Part shown: positions 1 through 6,406 of the stretch, one piece after another | Position numbering within the stretch: position 1 is the stretch's first letter | Layout: every line of letters begins with the position of its first letter | From: a virus | Taxonomy: Duplodnaviria > Caudoviricetes | Reading direction: 5' to 3' (one strand) | IMG/VR virus record: IMGVR_UViG_3300030376_006487 | Span: 1-36,905 of that record | Length of the DNA stretch: 36,905 nt | Notes under the pieces: model-generated | The model's input: only the letters and a program-made list of their open reading frames with translations | Databases searched by the model: none | What the model was told of the DNA's origin: nothing | Program-made: the position numbers and the translations under genes

Positions 1-186
1 GACAGGTGGCTACAAGCGACAAGCCAATTTGGTTCCGAGTATCGTGAAGATGAGAAAAAAGTTGTTTGGGAGTTTCCGAACAATCCTAATTCACACGCTT
101 TGTTTTGTAGAGCTATGTGTATGGAAACATACATGGAACAAATGAATGAAGCTATCGCTAGACTTCCAAACTTAATTAATGTATAA
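1..186 (+). CDS. Partial hypothetical protein (5' end outside window)
   Basis: Frame 1 is open from base 1 to TAA at 184-186 (DRWLQATSQFGSEYREDEKKVVWEF...LINV) and is followed by the AGAAAGGA RBS of the next gene. It is not in the ORF track. Confidence 0.6.
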   Translation, partial: DRWLQATSQFGSEYREDEKKVVWEFPNNPNSHALFCRAMCMETYMEQMNEAIARLPNLINV

Positions 187-207
187 TTTTATTAGAAAGG
201 ATAAAAG

Positions 208-1092
208 ATGACAGATAGATTAAGACTAAATGGTGCTAAAAGATCAGCACTTAAAAAAGAGCATTGGAAAGTTGTTCTTCAAACTCCCTGTGAGCAGAAA
301 GACAATTTAATCGACGCTCAAACTCGTTTCTTTTCTACTCAAACAGATGTTCACGAAATCTGTAAGAAGTTAGTAGAAGAACGATTCCCAAAAGCAGATC
401 GTGATGTAATGAGAAAGTATAATAGCAATAGAAGTTATCATACTACCTTTACAACAATGGACGCATGTTTTGTTCTAAAGAATGTTGAACGAGATGAAGC
501 AGAAAACAGAATATCATTTGATTTAAATGATGAAGTTGCTTCTGCTTTAAATCACGACAAAATGATAGCGAGTGGGTTAAACCCTTTCGTTGATTGCCAA
601 CATCACGCAAATGGTGGTGTAAGAAATCCTCAACTCAATACTGACGCAAGTGCTAATACTAATTGGTTAAGGGATAATTTTGGTCAATCTCATGGTTATG
701 GTAAAGAAGCCGAAAACCCTTTTTCATTAGAAGTTGTGAATACAGGGGGTTGTCATAGTCGAGCCTATTCAGTACAGGATTGGCAACATCAATTTGTTTT
801 GGCTTTTGAAAGTGCCAAAGTTGAATTGATACAATGTCATAGAATGTATTATGAATATTGTAAGACTAATCAAGACACCATGACCACAGTCATAGAACAA
901 GCTAAATACTTAGACGAAGTTCAAGAGTATTGGTCGGACATTGACCAAAGTATTTTGGTTAATGGTGATAGCCTTTCAACTAATCTTGCAGTTGTATCAG
1001 AAGATCGACTAGAGCAGTTGAAAGCCATGGCTAACAATAGAAAAGCAAAAGACGAAACAGTTGTAGTTGCAAAGCTACAAAATCAAGCTTAG
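208..1092 (+). CDS. Hypothetical phage early protein (294 aa)
   Basis: Long ORF with AGAAAGGATA RBS upstream; no recognised domain. Confidence 0.8.
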   Translation: MTDRLRLNGAKRSALKKEHWKVVLQTPCEQKDNLIDAQTRFFSTQTDVHEICKKLVEERFPKADRDVMRKYNSNRSYHTTFTTMDACFVLKNVERDEAENRISFDLNDEVASALNHDKMIASGLNPFVDCQHHANGGVRNPQLNTDASANTNWLRDNFGQSHGYGKEAENPFSLEVVNTGGCHSRAYSVQDWQHQFVLAFESAKVELIQCHRMYYEYCKTNQDTMTTVIEQAKYLDEVQEYWSDIDQSILVNGDSLSTNLAVVSEDRLEQLKAMANNRKAKDETVVVAKLQNQA

Positions 1093-1120
1093 TTCATAGC
1101 CCCCTAGGGGGCTATGAACT
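1091..1120. repeat. 30-bp perfect palindrome immediately after the ORF 208-1092 stop (possible terminator or processing hairpin)
   Basis: AGTTCATAGCCCCCT|AGGGGGCTATGAACT is exactly self-complementary. Confidence 0.85.
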
Positions 1121-1229
1121 GCGTTTGACAATTTCGCAGTCGTCAGATCCTGAAGGGTTTAATATAGACAGGGTTTGACACAAAAGGAACAGGGGGTTCT
1201 TGTGTATTTGTTTCCTCCTGTTTCTTTTG
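1118..1229 (+). ncRNA. Candidate structured RNA with three consecutive stem-loops
   Basis: Stems at 1118-1123/1135-1140, 1142-1152/1169-1179 (2 G-U) and 1181-1196/1214-1229 (2 G-U). The wobble pairs work only on the + strand. Confidence 0.4.
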
Positions 1230-1240
1230 ATAGTAGGGGC

Positions 1241-1272
1241 GGGTGGGCCCACAGGCGGCAAGCAGCGAGCTG
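1241..1272 (+). repeat. Cassette repeat copy 1: GGGTGGGCCCA box plus CA(A/G)GCNN heptads
   Basis: GGGTGGGCCCACAGGCGGCAAGC is identical at 1785 and differs by 1 nt at 2753; its first 16 nt recur at 3370. Confidence 0.9.
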
Positions 1273-1301
1273 TTGACACTGGTCCCAGAAAATGCTATAA
1301 A
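1273..1301 (+). promoter_or_regulatory. sigma70-like early promoter
   Basis: TTGACA (1273-1278), 17-nt spacer, extended -10 TGc-TATAAA (1296-1301). Confidence 0.8.
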
Positions 1302-1400
1302 CTAATTAAGCTTTTTAGTTAACCGTAGCACAAAAGCTAACCCGGAGGGACAACCCTGGCTACACTCGGTCCTCCCTCCGGAGTCAAAGAAAGGATAAAG

Positions 1401-1619
1401 ATGGAAAAAGAAAAACTACAAAAAGACAGCTGGTATTACATCGACAATGGCCTAGGACCAATTAGAGCTAAGCTCGTGGAGTCACCGCGCCAGGGTAAAG
1501 GATGGAAACATGCTGTATTAATGGATGTCAAAGGCTCAGATGCTGGGTTCTTTGATGAGATGGGCAGCGTATACCTGGACGATATCATGGAGGAATGTTT
1601 TGAAATTCCAAATAAATAA
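1401..1619 (+). CDS. Hypothetical protein (72 aa)
   Basis: AGAAAGGATAAG RBS; lies downstream of the promoter at 1273. Confidence 0.8.
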   Translation: MEKEKLQKDSWYYIDNGLGPIRAKLVESPRQGKGWKHAVLMDVKGSDAGFFDEMGSVYLDDIMEECFEIPNK

Positions 1620-1818
1620 TCACGGTTCGTTGATCGGGTTCGCCCCGGTCGACGATACAGCTCAGGCCTGGTGGGACGAACATGTGCAATGGGCTCCAAT
1701 GTTTGGTAACCAGTACATGGTAGACCACAGGCATGCACAAGATATTATTGATGGGATACAGGCGGCAAGCGACGAGCTGGGGGAGGGTGGGCCCACAGGC
1801 GGCAAGCAACAAGCTTGA
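1600..1818 (+). CDS. Hypothetical protein (~72 aa, probable TTG start); C-terminus runs through the cassette repeat
   Basis: GGAGG at 1589-1593 precedes an in-frame TTG at 1600 within track ORF 1525-1818 (KFQINNHGSLIGFAP...). Confidence 0.6.
   Translation: MKFQINNHGSLIGFAPVDDTAQAWWDEHVQWAPMFGNQYMVDHRHAQDIIDGIQAASDELGEGGPTGGKQQA
1759..1814 (+). repeat. Cassette repeat copy 2
   Basis: Heptads CAGGCGG CAAGCGA CGAGCTG, box GGGTGGGCCCA at 1785, then CAGGCGG CAAGCAA CAAGC. Confidence 0.9.
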
Positions 1819-1842
1819 CACGCTCCCACAATATGCTAGAAT
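1815..1842 (+). promoter_or_regulatory. sigma70-like early promoter
   Basis: TTGACA (1815-1820), 16-nt spacer, TGc-TAGAAT (1837-1842). The spacer shares TCCCA.AA.ATGC with the promoter at 1273. Confidence 0.8.
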
Positions 1843-1868
1843 TATTTCGTAGAAAGGATAATTAGATC

Positions 1869-2054
1869 ATGAATTATAAAAAGCAACATATGAACCTAAG
1901 GACCAGAATCTGCAAACTTGCGGAGGAAGTTCGAGAAATGAGAAGCAAAAGCAAAAAACCCTGGCCAAAGATTGAGAGCTTCGGGCTGTACATGCTGCTG
2001 CTAGAAATTATTCAAACAGATAACCAAGAAATCAATGAACAAAAAAGAAGCTAA
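1869..2054 (+). CDS. Hypothetical protein (61 aa)
   Basis: AGAAAGGATA RBS at 1851-1860. Confidence 0.7.
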   Translation: MNYKKQHMNLRTRICKLAEEVREMRSKSKKPWPKIESFGLYMLLLEIIQTDNQEINEQKRS

Positions 2055-2643
2055 TCAAATCACCGGGGGGCTGTCTAAGCCCTCCAAGATGCCCGGATAT
2101 GCCTATAACATACCCGCGACCCGCTGCAAAATAGGCGCTAAGCTGGTAAAGGTTCCGGGCTCCGTGTGCCATGGATGCTATGCACTCAAAGGCAGGTATC
2201 GATTCCGCAATGTAAAAGAAGCATTGGAACGCCGGTACCAGGCCACAATGAACAATCCAAACTGGATTCACGGAATGGTTTATTTAATACAAGTTTCAAA
2301 GAAGAAAGAGTTTCGCTGGCATGATTCCGGTGACGTCCAGTCACTGGAGCACTTGCTGCGGATCTTCCAGGTTTGCGAGCTGACACCAGAAATTAAACAC
2401 TGGTTGCCAACGCGTGAGGCTGGTATCCTTTCTACAATCGACCCGCGTATGGTCCCGGATAACCTGATTATCAGGTTATCCGCAACAAAAGTTGATGGGC
2501 CGGCTCCAAAGAGCTGGCCTTGGACCTCAACCGTAACAACAGCTCAGGCCAGTTGTCCGGCGCCAAAGCAGGGGAACGAATGCAAAGATTGTAGAGCATG
2601 CTGGGATAAGAAGATCCAAAACGTATCATATGGAAAACATTAG
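2035..2643 (+). CDS. GP88-like Cys-rich phage protein (possibly Fe-S / radical-SAM-like)
   Basis: Motifs LSKPSKMPG, C-x11-CxxCYA, FRWHDSGD, HWLPTRE and C-terminal CPA...CxxCRACW, as recalled for the gene-product-88 family. Confidence 0.7.
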   Translation: MNKKEANQITGGLSKPSKMPGYAYNIPATRCKIGAKLVKVPGSVCHGCYALKGRYRFRNVKEALERRYQATMNNPNWIHGMVYLIQVSKKKEFRWHDSGDVQSLEHLLRIFQVCELTPEIKHWLPTREAGILSTIDPRMVPDNLIIRLSATKVDGPAPKSWPWTSTVTTAQASCPAPKQGNECKDCRACWDKKIQNVSYGKH

Positions 2644-2649
2644 AACGCA

Positions 2650-2693
2650 GTTCACCATCCCCTTCGGGGATGGTGAACCACCAAATTTTTTTT
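2650..2693 (+). terminator. Rho-independent terminator
   Basis: 13-bp stem GTTCACCATCCCC/GGGGATGGTGAAC with a T-run shortly after, directly following the ORF stop. Confidence 0.75.
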
Positions 2694-2708
2694 CAAAAAA
2701 CCGGGCGC

Positions 2709-2777
2709 CAAGCAGCAAGCCACAAGCGTCAAGCAACAGGCAACAGGCGGGCGGGTGGGCCCATAGGCGGCAAGCTG
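2709..2777 (+). repeat. Cassette repeat copy 3 (six tandem heptads plus box)
   Basis: CAAGCAG CAAGCCA CAAGCGT CAAGCAA CAGGCAA CAGGCGG, then GGGTGGGCCCATAGGCGGCAAGC. Confidence 0.9.
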
Positions 2778-2805
2778 TTGACATTATGGGATTTTCTGGT
2801 AGTTT
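2778..2805 (+). promoter_or_regulatory. sigma70-like promoter
   Basis: TTGACA (2778-2783), 16-nt spacer, TGg-TAGTTT (2800-2805). Confidence 0.65.
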
Positions 2806-2814
2806 AAAAATGTT

Positions 2815-3246
2815 ATGCAAAAATACTACTTTAACTTTTACCTCGATGAACGCCGATATGGTGGTCCTGAGGAGGGCGGGTGGTGGTACGACTGGTACGA
2901 ATTCCAGACAACACTCGAGTCTAGATCATTTGCAACTCTTGAAGAGGCAAACGATCACGCTGCTGAGCTTGGCGCGAAAATTCGCGAAGAGCAGGAGCCA
3001 GTGTATCATATGGGTAACAGCCCAGATGATGGCCTCAATGAAGCTGGTGAGGGTGATGACAGATACCTGCTGCCCGGCGGAGCTTGGGGTGAAAACGAAG
3101 TTCACGTTACCGCGGAGCTGCTGCCCGGCAAAGCTGGGTACAAGCCCGGCGTCTGGTACTCCGGGCCCACTCGGTCACATGTGTGGCTCGAGGACGGGTA
3201 TGCCTTATATGTGCCGGTTCCTCAAAGCTCTCCTCATTACGAATAA
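2815..3246 (+). CDS. Hypothetical acidic protein (143 aa) with RRYGGPEEGGWWYD motif
   Basis: ORF lies between the promoter at 2778 and the hairpin at 3254; it is GC-richer than the genome backbone. Confidence 0.75.
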   Translation: MQKYYFNFYLDERRYGGPEEGGWWYDWYEFQTTLESRSFATLEEANDHAAELGAKIREEQEPVYHMGNSPDDGLNEAGEGDDRYLLPGGAWGENEVHVTAELLPGKAGYKPGVWYSGPTRSHVWLEDGYALYVPVPQSSPHYE

Positions 3247-3253
3247 TTTATCA

Positions 3254-3274
3254 CAGCCCGCTTCCAGCGGGCTG
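3254..3274. terminator. GC-rich hairpin between convergent genes
   Basis: CAGCCCGCT-tcc-AGCGGGCTG, 9-bp perfect stem. Confidence 0.55.
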
Positions 3275-3290
3275 ACCAACTCTCAGAAAA

Positions 3291-3393
3291 AAGCTACAAG
3301 CGACAGGCGGCAAGCATCAAGCGTCAAGCGACAGGCGGCAAGCATCCCAGCCTTCGGCCACAGGTGGGTGGGTGGGCCCACAGGCTACAAGCT
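3291..3393 (+). repeat. Cassette repeat copy 4 (about eight tandem heptads plus box), overlapping the 3' end of the resolvase gene
   Basis: AAGCTA CAAGCGA CAGGCGG CAAGCAT CAAGCGT CAAGCGA CAGGCGG CAAGCAT; GGGTGGGCCCACAGGC at 3370-3385. Confidence 0.9.
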
Positions 3394-3676
3394 CTTTGAT
3401 CGCGGACCCTGGATAAAGTTTCACTGATCGTGGAGCGAGGGTCTTGACTAAGATATAGCTATCCTTCGGATGCTTATAATGGAACGCTATTTGGTGGGGT
3501 GAGAACCGTATCTTCTTACTACTTGTTACTTTTAACTCAATGGTAAAAAACCCACGCTTATCACCATAACCAAGTATATCTGGAATGCCAGCAGATGCCC
3601 AACTTTCTAGTCTTATAAGGGAAAATGTATTAAGTTTTTCTTTCGTTTCTAGCCAGAAGGCTGACTCTGGTTTCAA
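3317..3676 (-). CDS. VRR-NUC / Holliday-junction-resolvase-like PD-(D/E)xK nuclease
   Basis: N-terminal E-S, RLES...GIPD, IELK and SPHQIAF motifs. Confidence 0.8.
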   Translation of the reverse strand: MKPESAFWLETKEKLNTFSLIRLESWASAGIPDILGYGDKRGFFTIELKVTSSKKIRFSPHQIAFHYKHPKDSYILVKTLAPRSVKLYPGSAIKELVACGPTHPPVAEGWDACRLSLDA

Positions 3677-3681
3677 AGTAA

Positions 3682-3888
3682 TTACTCCACTAGGATTAAC
3701 ATACGATATTTCTCTTTTGCACCGATAATTTGGTTCTCTACCAACTTAATTTCTTTGATATTGAACTCACGTTGCAAAGGATTTCTACCTTGTGGTATCA
3801 CCATTTGTACTTTTGCATGGCTACCAACAGGACTTTCACAGAATTTTTCTAGGACCTGCATCAAAGCCTTAGTTGTATATGATGACAT
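3682..3888 (-). CDS. Hypothetical protein (68 aa)
   Basis: Tightly packed ORF in the minus-strand operon. Confidence 0.7.
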   Translation of the reverse strand: MSSYTTKALMQVLEKFCESPVGSHAKVQMVIPQGRNPLQREFNIKEIKLVENQIIGAKEKYRMLILVE

Positions 3889-3890
3889 CT

Positions 3891-4091
3891 TTAATGTATG
3901 GTTTGTCTATTGATACCGGTTAGGTGTTCAAATATTTCTAATTGTTCTGGATTCATAGATTGCAATATAGGCAGTATATGCTCCGTTCTAAAAAAATGAA
4001 CATCTTGTTTTTGTAGAATTTCCATTGCTTCTTTAAGTTGTTCTTGAAACTCTTCTTCTTCTTTTTTGTTTTTGAATGTCATAGTATTCAT
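3891..4091 (-). CDS. Hypothetical protein (66 aa)
   Basis: GAGGT RBS precedes the ATG at 4091 (MNTMTFK...); the track start at 4142 is probably too far upstream. Confidence 0.65.
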   Translation of the reverse strand: MNTMTFKNKKEEEEFQEQLKEAMEILQKQDVHFFRTEHILPILQSMNPEQLEIFEHLTGINRQTIH

Positions 4092-4206
4092 ATTATAACT
4101 TACCTCTTTTCTTTCAAGTGTGAAGTGAGAGCAAAAAGACAATGTAGTTTAGGAGGAACATAGTAAGAAAGACCCTCACTTCGAGTAAATCAATATCACA
4201 ATTTAC

Positions 4207-4235
4207 TTGCTTTTACAATATATATTTTCTATAAG
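4207..4235 (+). promoter_or_regulatory. Possible promoter for the terminase small subunit gene
   Basis: TTGCTT, 17-nt spacer, TATAAG. Confidence 0.4.
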
Positions 4236-4240
4236 AGGGT

Positions 4241-4762
4241 ATGGGTTTACCTAAAGTATTAACAGAACAACAAACAAAATTTGCAACACTGCTAGTTACA
4301 AATGAAGGACGTAAGTCTCCAACTGAATGTGCTATCGAAGCTGGTTATGCAGAAGGCTCTGCACATGTAAGAGCTTCGGAGCTGCGCAACCCTAGGAAGT
4401 TTCCTTTGGTTGTTAAATATATTGATGAGATTAGATCAGAACTACAAGAAAAATATAGAGTAGATTATGGTTCTCATATCACAGAATTAGCTAGACTTCG
4501 AGAAGAAGCTAGAGAGAAAGGTGCTTGGTCTGCAGCGATCAATGCAGAAGTAGCTAGAGGTAAAGCTGCCGGCCTATACATAGAACAAAAGATTATTAAG
4601 CATGGTAAACTAGAAGACCTTAGTGAAAGAGAATTAGAAGCTAGATTGTCTGAGATTATAGAGGATAATAAATTATTGTTAGAACATGAGGACGTAGAAA
4701 GTTTAAAAGATAAGGTTAAAAAACCTACAGAATTAAAAATTGTAGAACCAATAGAAGATTAA
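4241..4762 (+). CDS. terS: Terminase small subunit-like protein
   Basis: N-terminal LTEQQTKF...AIEAGY...ASELRNP...V.KYI.E helix-turn-helix pattern typical of phage TerS, followed by helical oligomerisation segments. Confidence 0.7.
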   Translation: MGLPKVLTEQQTKFATLLVTNEGRKSPTECAIEAGYAEGSAHVRASELRNPRKFPLVVKYIDEIRSELQEKYRVDYGSHITELARLREEAREKGAWSAAINAEVARGKAAGLYIEQKIIKHGKLEDLSERELEARLSEIIEDNKLLLEHEDVESLKDKVKKPTELKIVEPIED

Positions 4763-5013
4763 ATTTTTCTTATACTTTTAATGCAACCTCTAGGAAATAC
4801 ATTTCTATCTCCAAAAGTATATCCTTCTTCATCATTATAGTAATACGTTGCAAAAGTAATGACCCTGTCATTATCTTCATAAAAAAGATATCCTTCTGTT
4901 GTAGCCACCTGTGGTTCCATTTTTCTTATAGTATCTTCAGAACCCCAGCCTGTCTCTCCTGATATGTCCAACCATTCAACTCTATATTTCTTCCAAGGGA
5001 ATTTCTTAAACAT
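4759..5013 (-). CDS. Hypothetical phage protein (84 aa)
   Basis: VEWLD...GW...T.GYL...FPRGCI pattern; convergent with terS. Confidence 0.75.
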   Translation of the reverse strand: MFKKFPWKKYRVEWLDISGETGWGSEDTIRKMEPQVATTEGYLFYEDNDRVITFATYYYNDEEGYTFGDRNVFPRGCIKSIRKI

Positions 5014-5023
5014 AATCTCACTA

Positions 5024-5295
5024 TAAGGGAGAATTTAGGTAAATCAAATTTCAAATTAGTAAAATAAAAAACCTCTTCACGCCAAGCTAGGAGATTGAAA
5101 AGTATTGAAAAATATAGCTTTTTTGAAATCTACTCTACCACGTCTACCACGGCCGTGGTAGACCAAAATCGTGCTATTATTATTGAAAAATAAGGTGTTT
5201 TCTCACTCTACCACCACTACCGGGGGTTGGGACCATATTTTTTTTTTTAAAAAAATGTTTTCCTAAATCTCCCCTTACCACGGCCCACGGTCCAC
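5024..5295. other. Non-coding element with palindrome, iterons and A/T tracts: candidate replication origin or packaging site
   Basis: 22-bp palindrome at 5142-5163; TCTACCAC x3; ATTGAAAA x3; T/A run at 5238-5255; imperfect flanking inverted repeat at 5024-5043/5259-5277. Confidence 0.45.
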
Positions 5296-5344
5296 GTGTC
5301 AAGAGCCGGGAAAAAAGGTTTTCCCGTACTTGACAACGGTTCAA

Positions 5345-5512
5345 TTATAGTGTTCTGCGGATAAAGTTAGGAAGCTTGCCTTCTTCTTTCCAAGAAACAT
5401 AAGCAGCTTTCCAATCATTTTTATATTCAGCCTGTAGAAATGCTTTCATAGCATTATCAACGTCGGGTTCTAAGGTAAAAAAGTTACCTAAAGCTTTTAA
5501 TAGTTTAGTCAT
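5345..5512 (-). CDS. Small hypothetical protein (55 aa), absent from ORF track
   Basis: GAAAGGAA RBS; MTKLLKALGNFFTLEPDVDNAMKAFLQAEYKNDWKAAY...RRTL*. Confidence 0.7.
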   Translation of the reverse strand: MTKLLKALGNFFTLEPDVDNAMKAFLQAEYKNDWKAAYVSWKEEGKLPNFIRRTL

Positions 5513-5711
5513 TGTAATTTCCTTTCATGGCCCATGTTCTATCAAAAAGTCAAGAGAAAAGAATTGCTGATTTTTAACACCAGGTATGCTAAACTACGCA
5601 TAGAAAGGCGATAGGCATTAAAACAGGAAGGTAATTTCGTGTATAATGGTAATACAATTTATAGAAGTCTAGTCAATTTTTAACAACAGTATTCACTCTG
5701 TCGTCTTTCGA

Positions 5712-5915
5712 CTATAAAAGGTCTTCTATTAATCCGGCTTGAACACAACTAAAATTTAATTCGGCCCCTGTGTCAGCCAAATCTGTCGCCACTAATTGAT
5801 AATATTCGTTGCAACTTTCGTAGGTAGGATGAACGACTTCAGAGGCCATGCGAACACATTTGTAATCAACACCTTGGCCTAGACACACCCAACCCACCAA
5901 AAAAAATTTAAGCAT
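5712..5915 (-). CDS. Small hypothetical protein with hydrophobic N-terminus and 4 Cys
   Basis: TAATG overlap with the upstream gene. Confidence 0.7.
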   Translation of the reverse strand: MLKFFLVGWVCLGQGVDYKCVRMASEVVHPTYESCNEYYQLVATDLADTGAELNFSCVQAGLIEDLL

Positions 5916-6406
5916 TACGCTCGATCGTAGAGAGGACGATCAATCATACCACCTTTGGCGTTTAAAGTTCTGTTTTTATCTGACATATCTGCAAGATCTT
6001 CTTGCGTTAAACCTTCAAATTCAGAATAACTAGATGCCATGTCATCAGCTTCTTGATCAGATATTTCAGTGTCATCAAAATCACCTAGAATTTTACCAGA
6101 AACAATTTCTAATTGATCTTCATCACCTTCAAATCCTCGACGTTTTAAAGCTTCTTTGATCTTTTCTTGATTAATACGACCAAAATATTGACGTTTCTTT
6201 TCTTGTCTCTCTCCAATAGCTTCTTCTGCTTCTTCAGAAGTGTAATCTTTATCGTCTTCTTTTTCTTCTTTAGCCTTGAGTATTTGTGTCAAAGGAGAAG
6301 AGCTAAAGGTTTGCATTAAACCTTTCAACATTTCTGGATTAGATTGTGTAATACCACCACCAATAAGAAGTGGTCCTAGAAGTTTAGGTGCTACTGAAAT
6401 TGCCAT
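5915..6406 (-). CDS. Acidic hypothetical protein ending in AKGGMIDRPL motif
   Basis: ORF overlaps the upstream nuclease gene; its C-terminal motif resembles those in the virion proteins. Confidence 0.75.
   Translation of the reverse strand: MAISVAPKLLGPLLIGGGITQSNPEMLKGLMQTFSSSPLTQILKAKEEKEDDKDYTSEEAEEAIGERQEKKRQYFGRINQEKIKEALKRRGFEGDEDQLEIVSGKILGDFDDTEISDQEADDMASSYSEFEGLTQEDLADMSDKNRTLNAKGGMIDRPLYDRA

Noticed and set aside
1436-2820. Minus-strand ORFs 1436-1738, 1585-1821, 2032-2271, 2186-2386 and 2626-2820
   Set aside because: These are shadow ORFs antisense to promoter- and RBS-supported genes in a GC-richer region.
1241-3393. CRISPR array interpretation of the repeats, with the Cas4-like nuclease at 6384-7070
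   Set aside because: The repeats are separated by 500-1000 bp of coding sequence rather than uniform ~30-bp spacers. No cas1/cas2 is present, and the nuclease is a common phage exonuclease type.
2630-3427. 265-aa + strand ORF
   Set aside because: It runs through a terminator, two repeat arrays and a promoter and overlaps the better-supported ORF 2815-3246. Its low-complexity SS.RQA content derives from the heptads.
4122-4182. Inverted repeat GAAGTGAG / CTCACTTC in the divergent intergenic gap
   Set aside because: It is only 8 bp with a 45-nt loop, which is too weak to call without comparative evidence.
5530-5710. Tiny + strand ORFs with RBS-like sequences
   Set aside because: They are under 15 codons with no supporting features and cannot be distinguished from chance.
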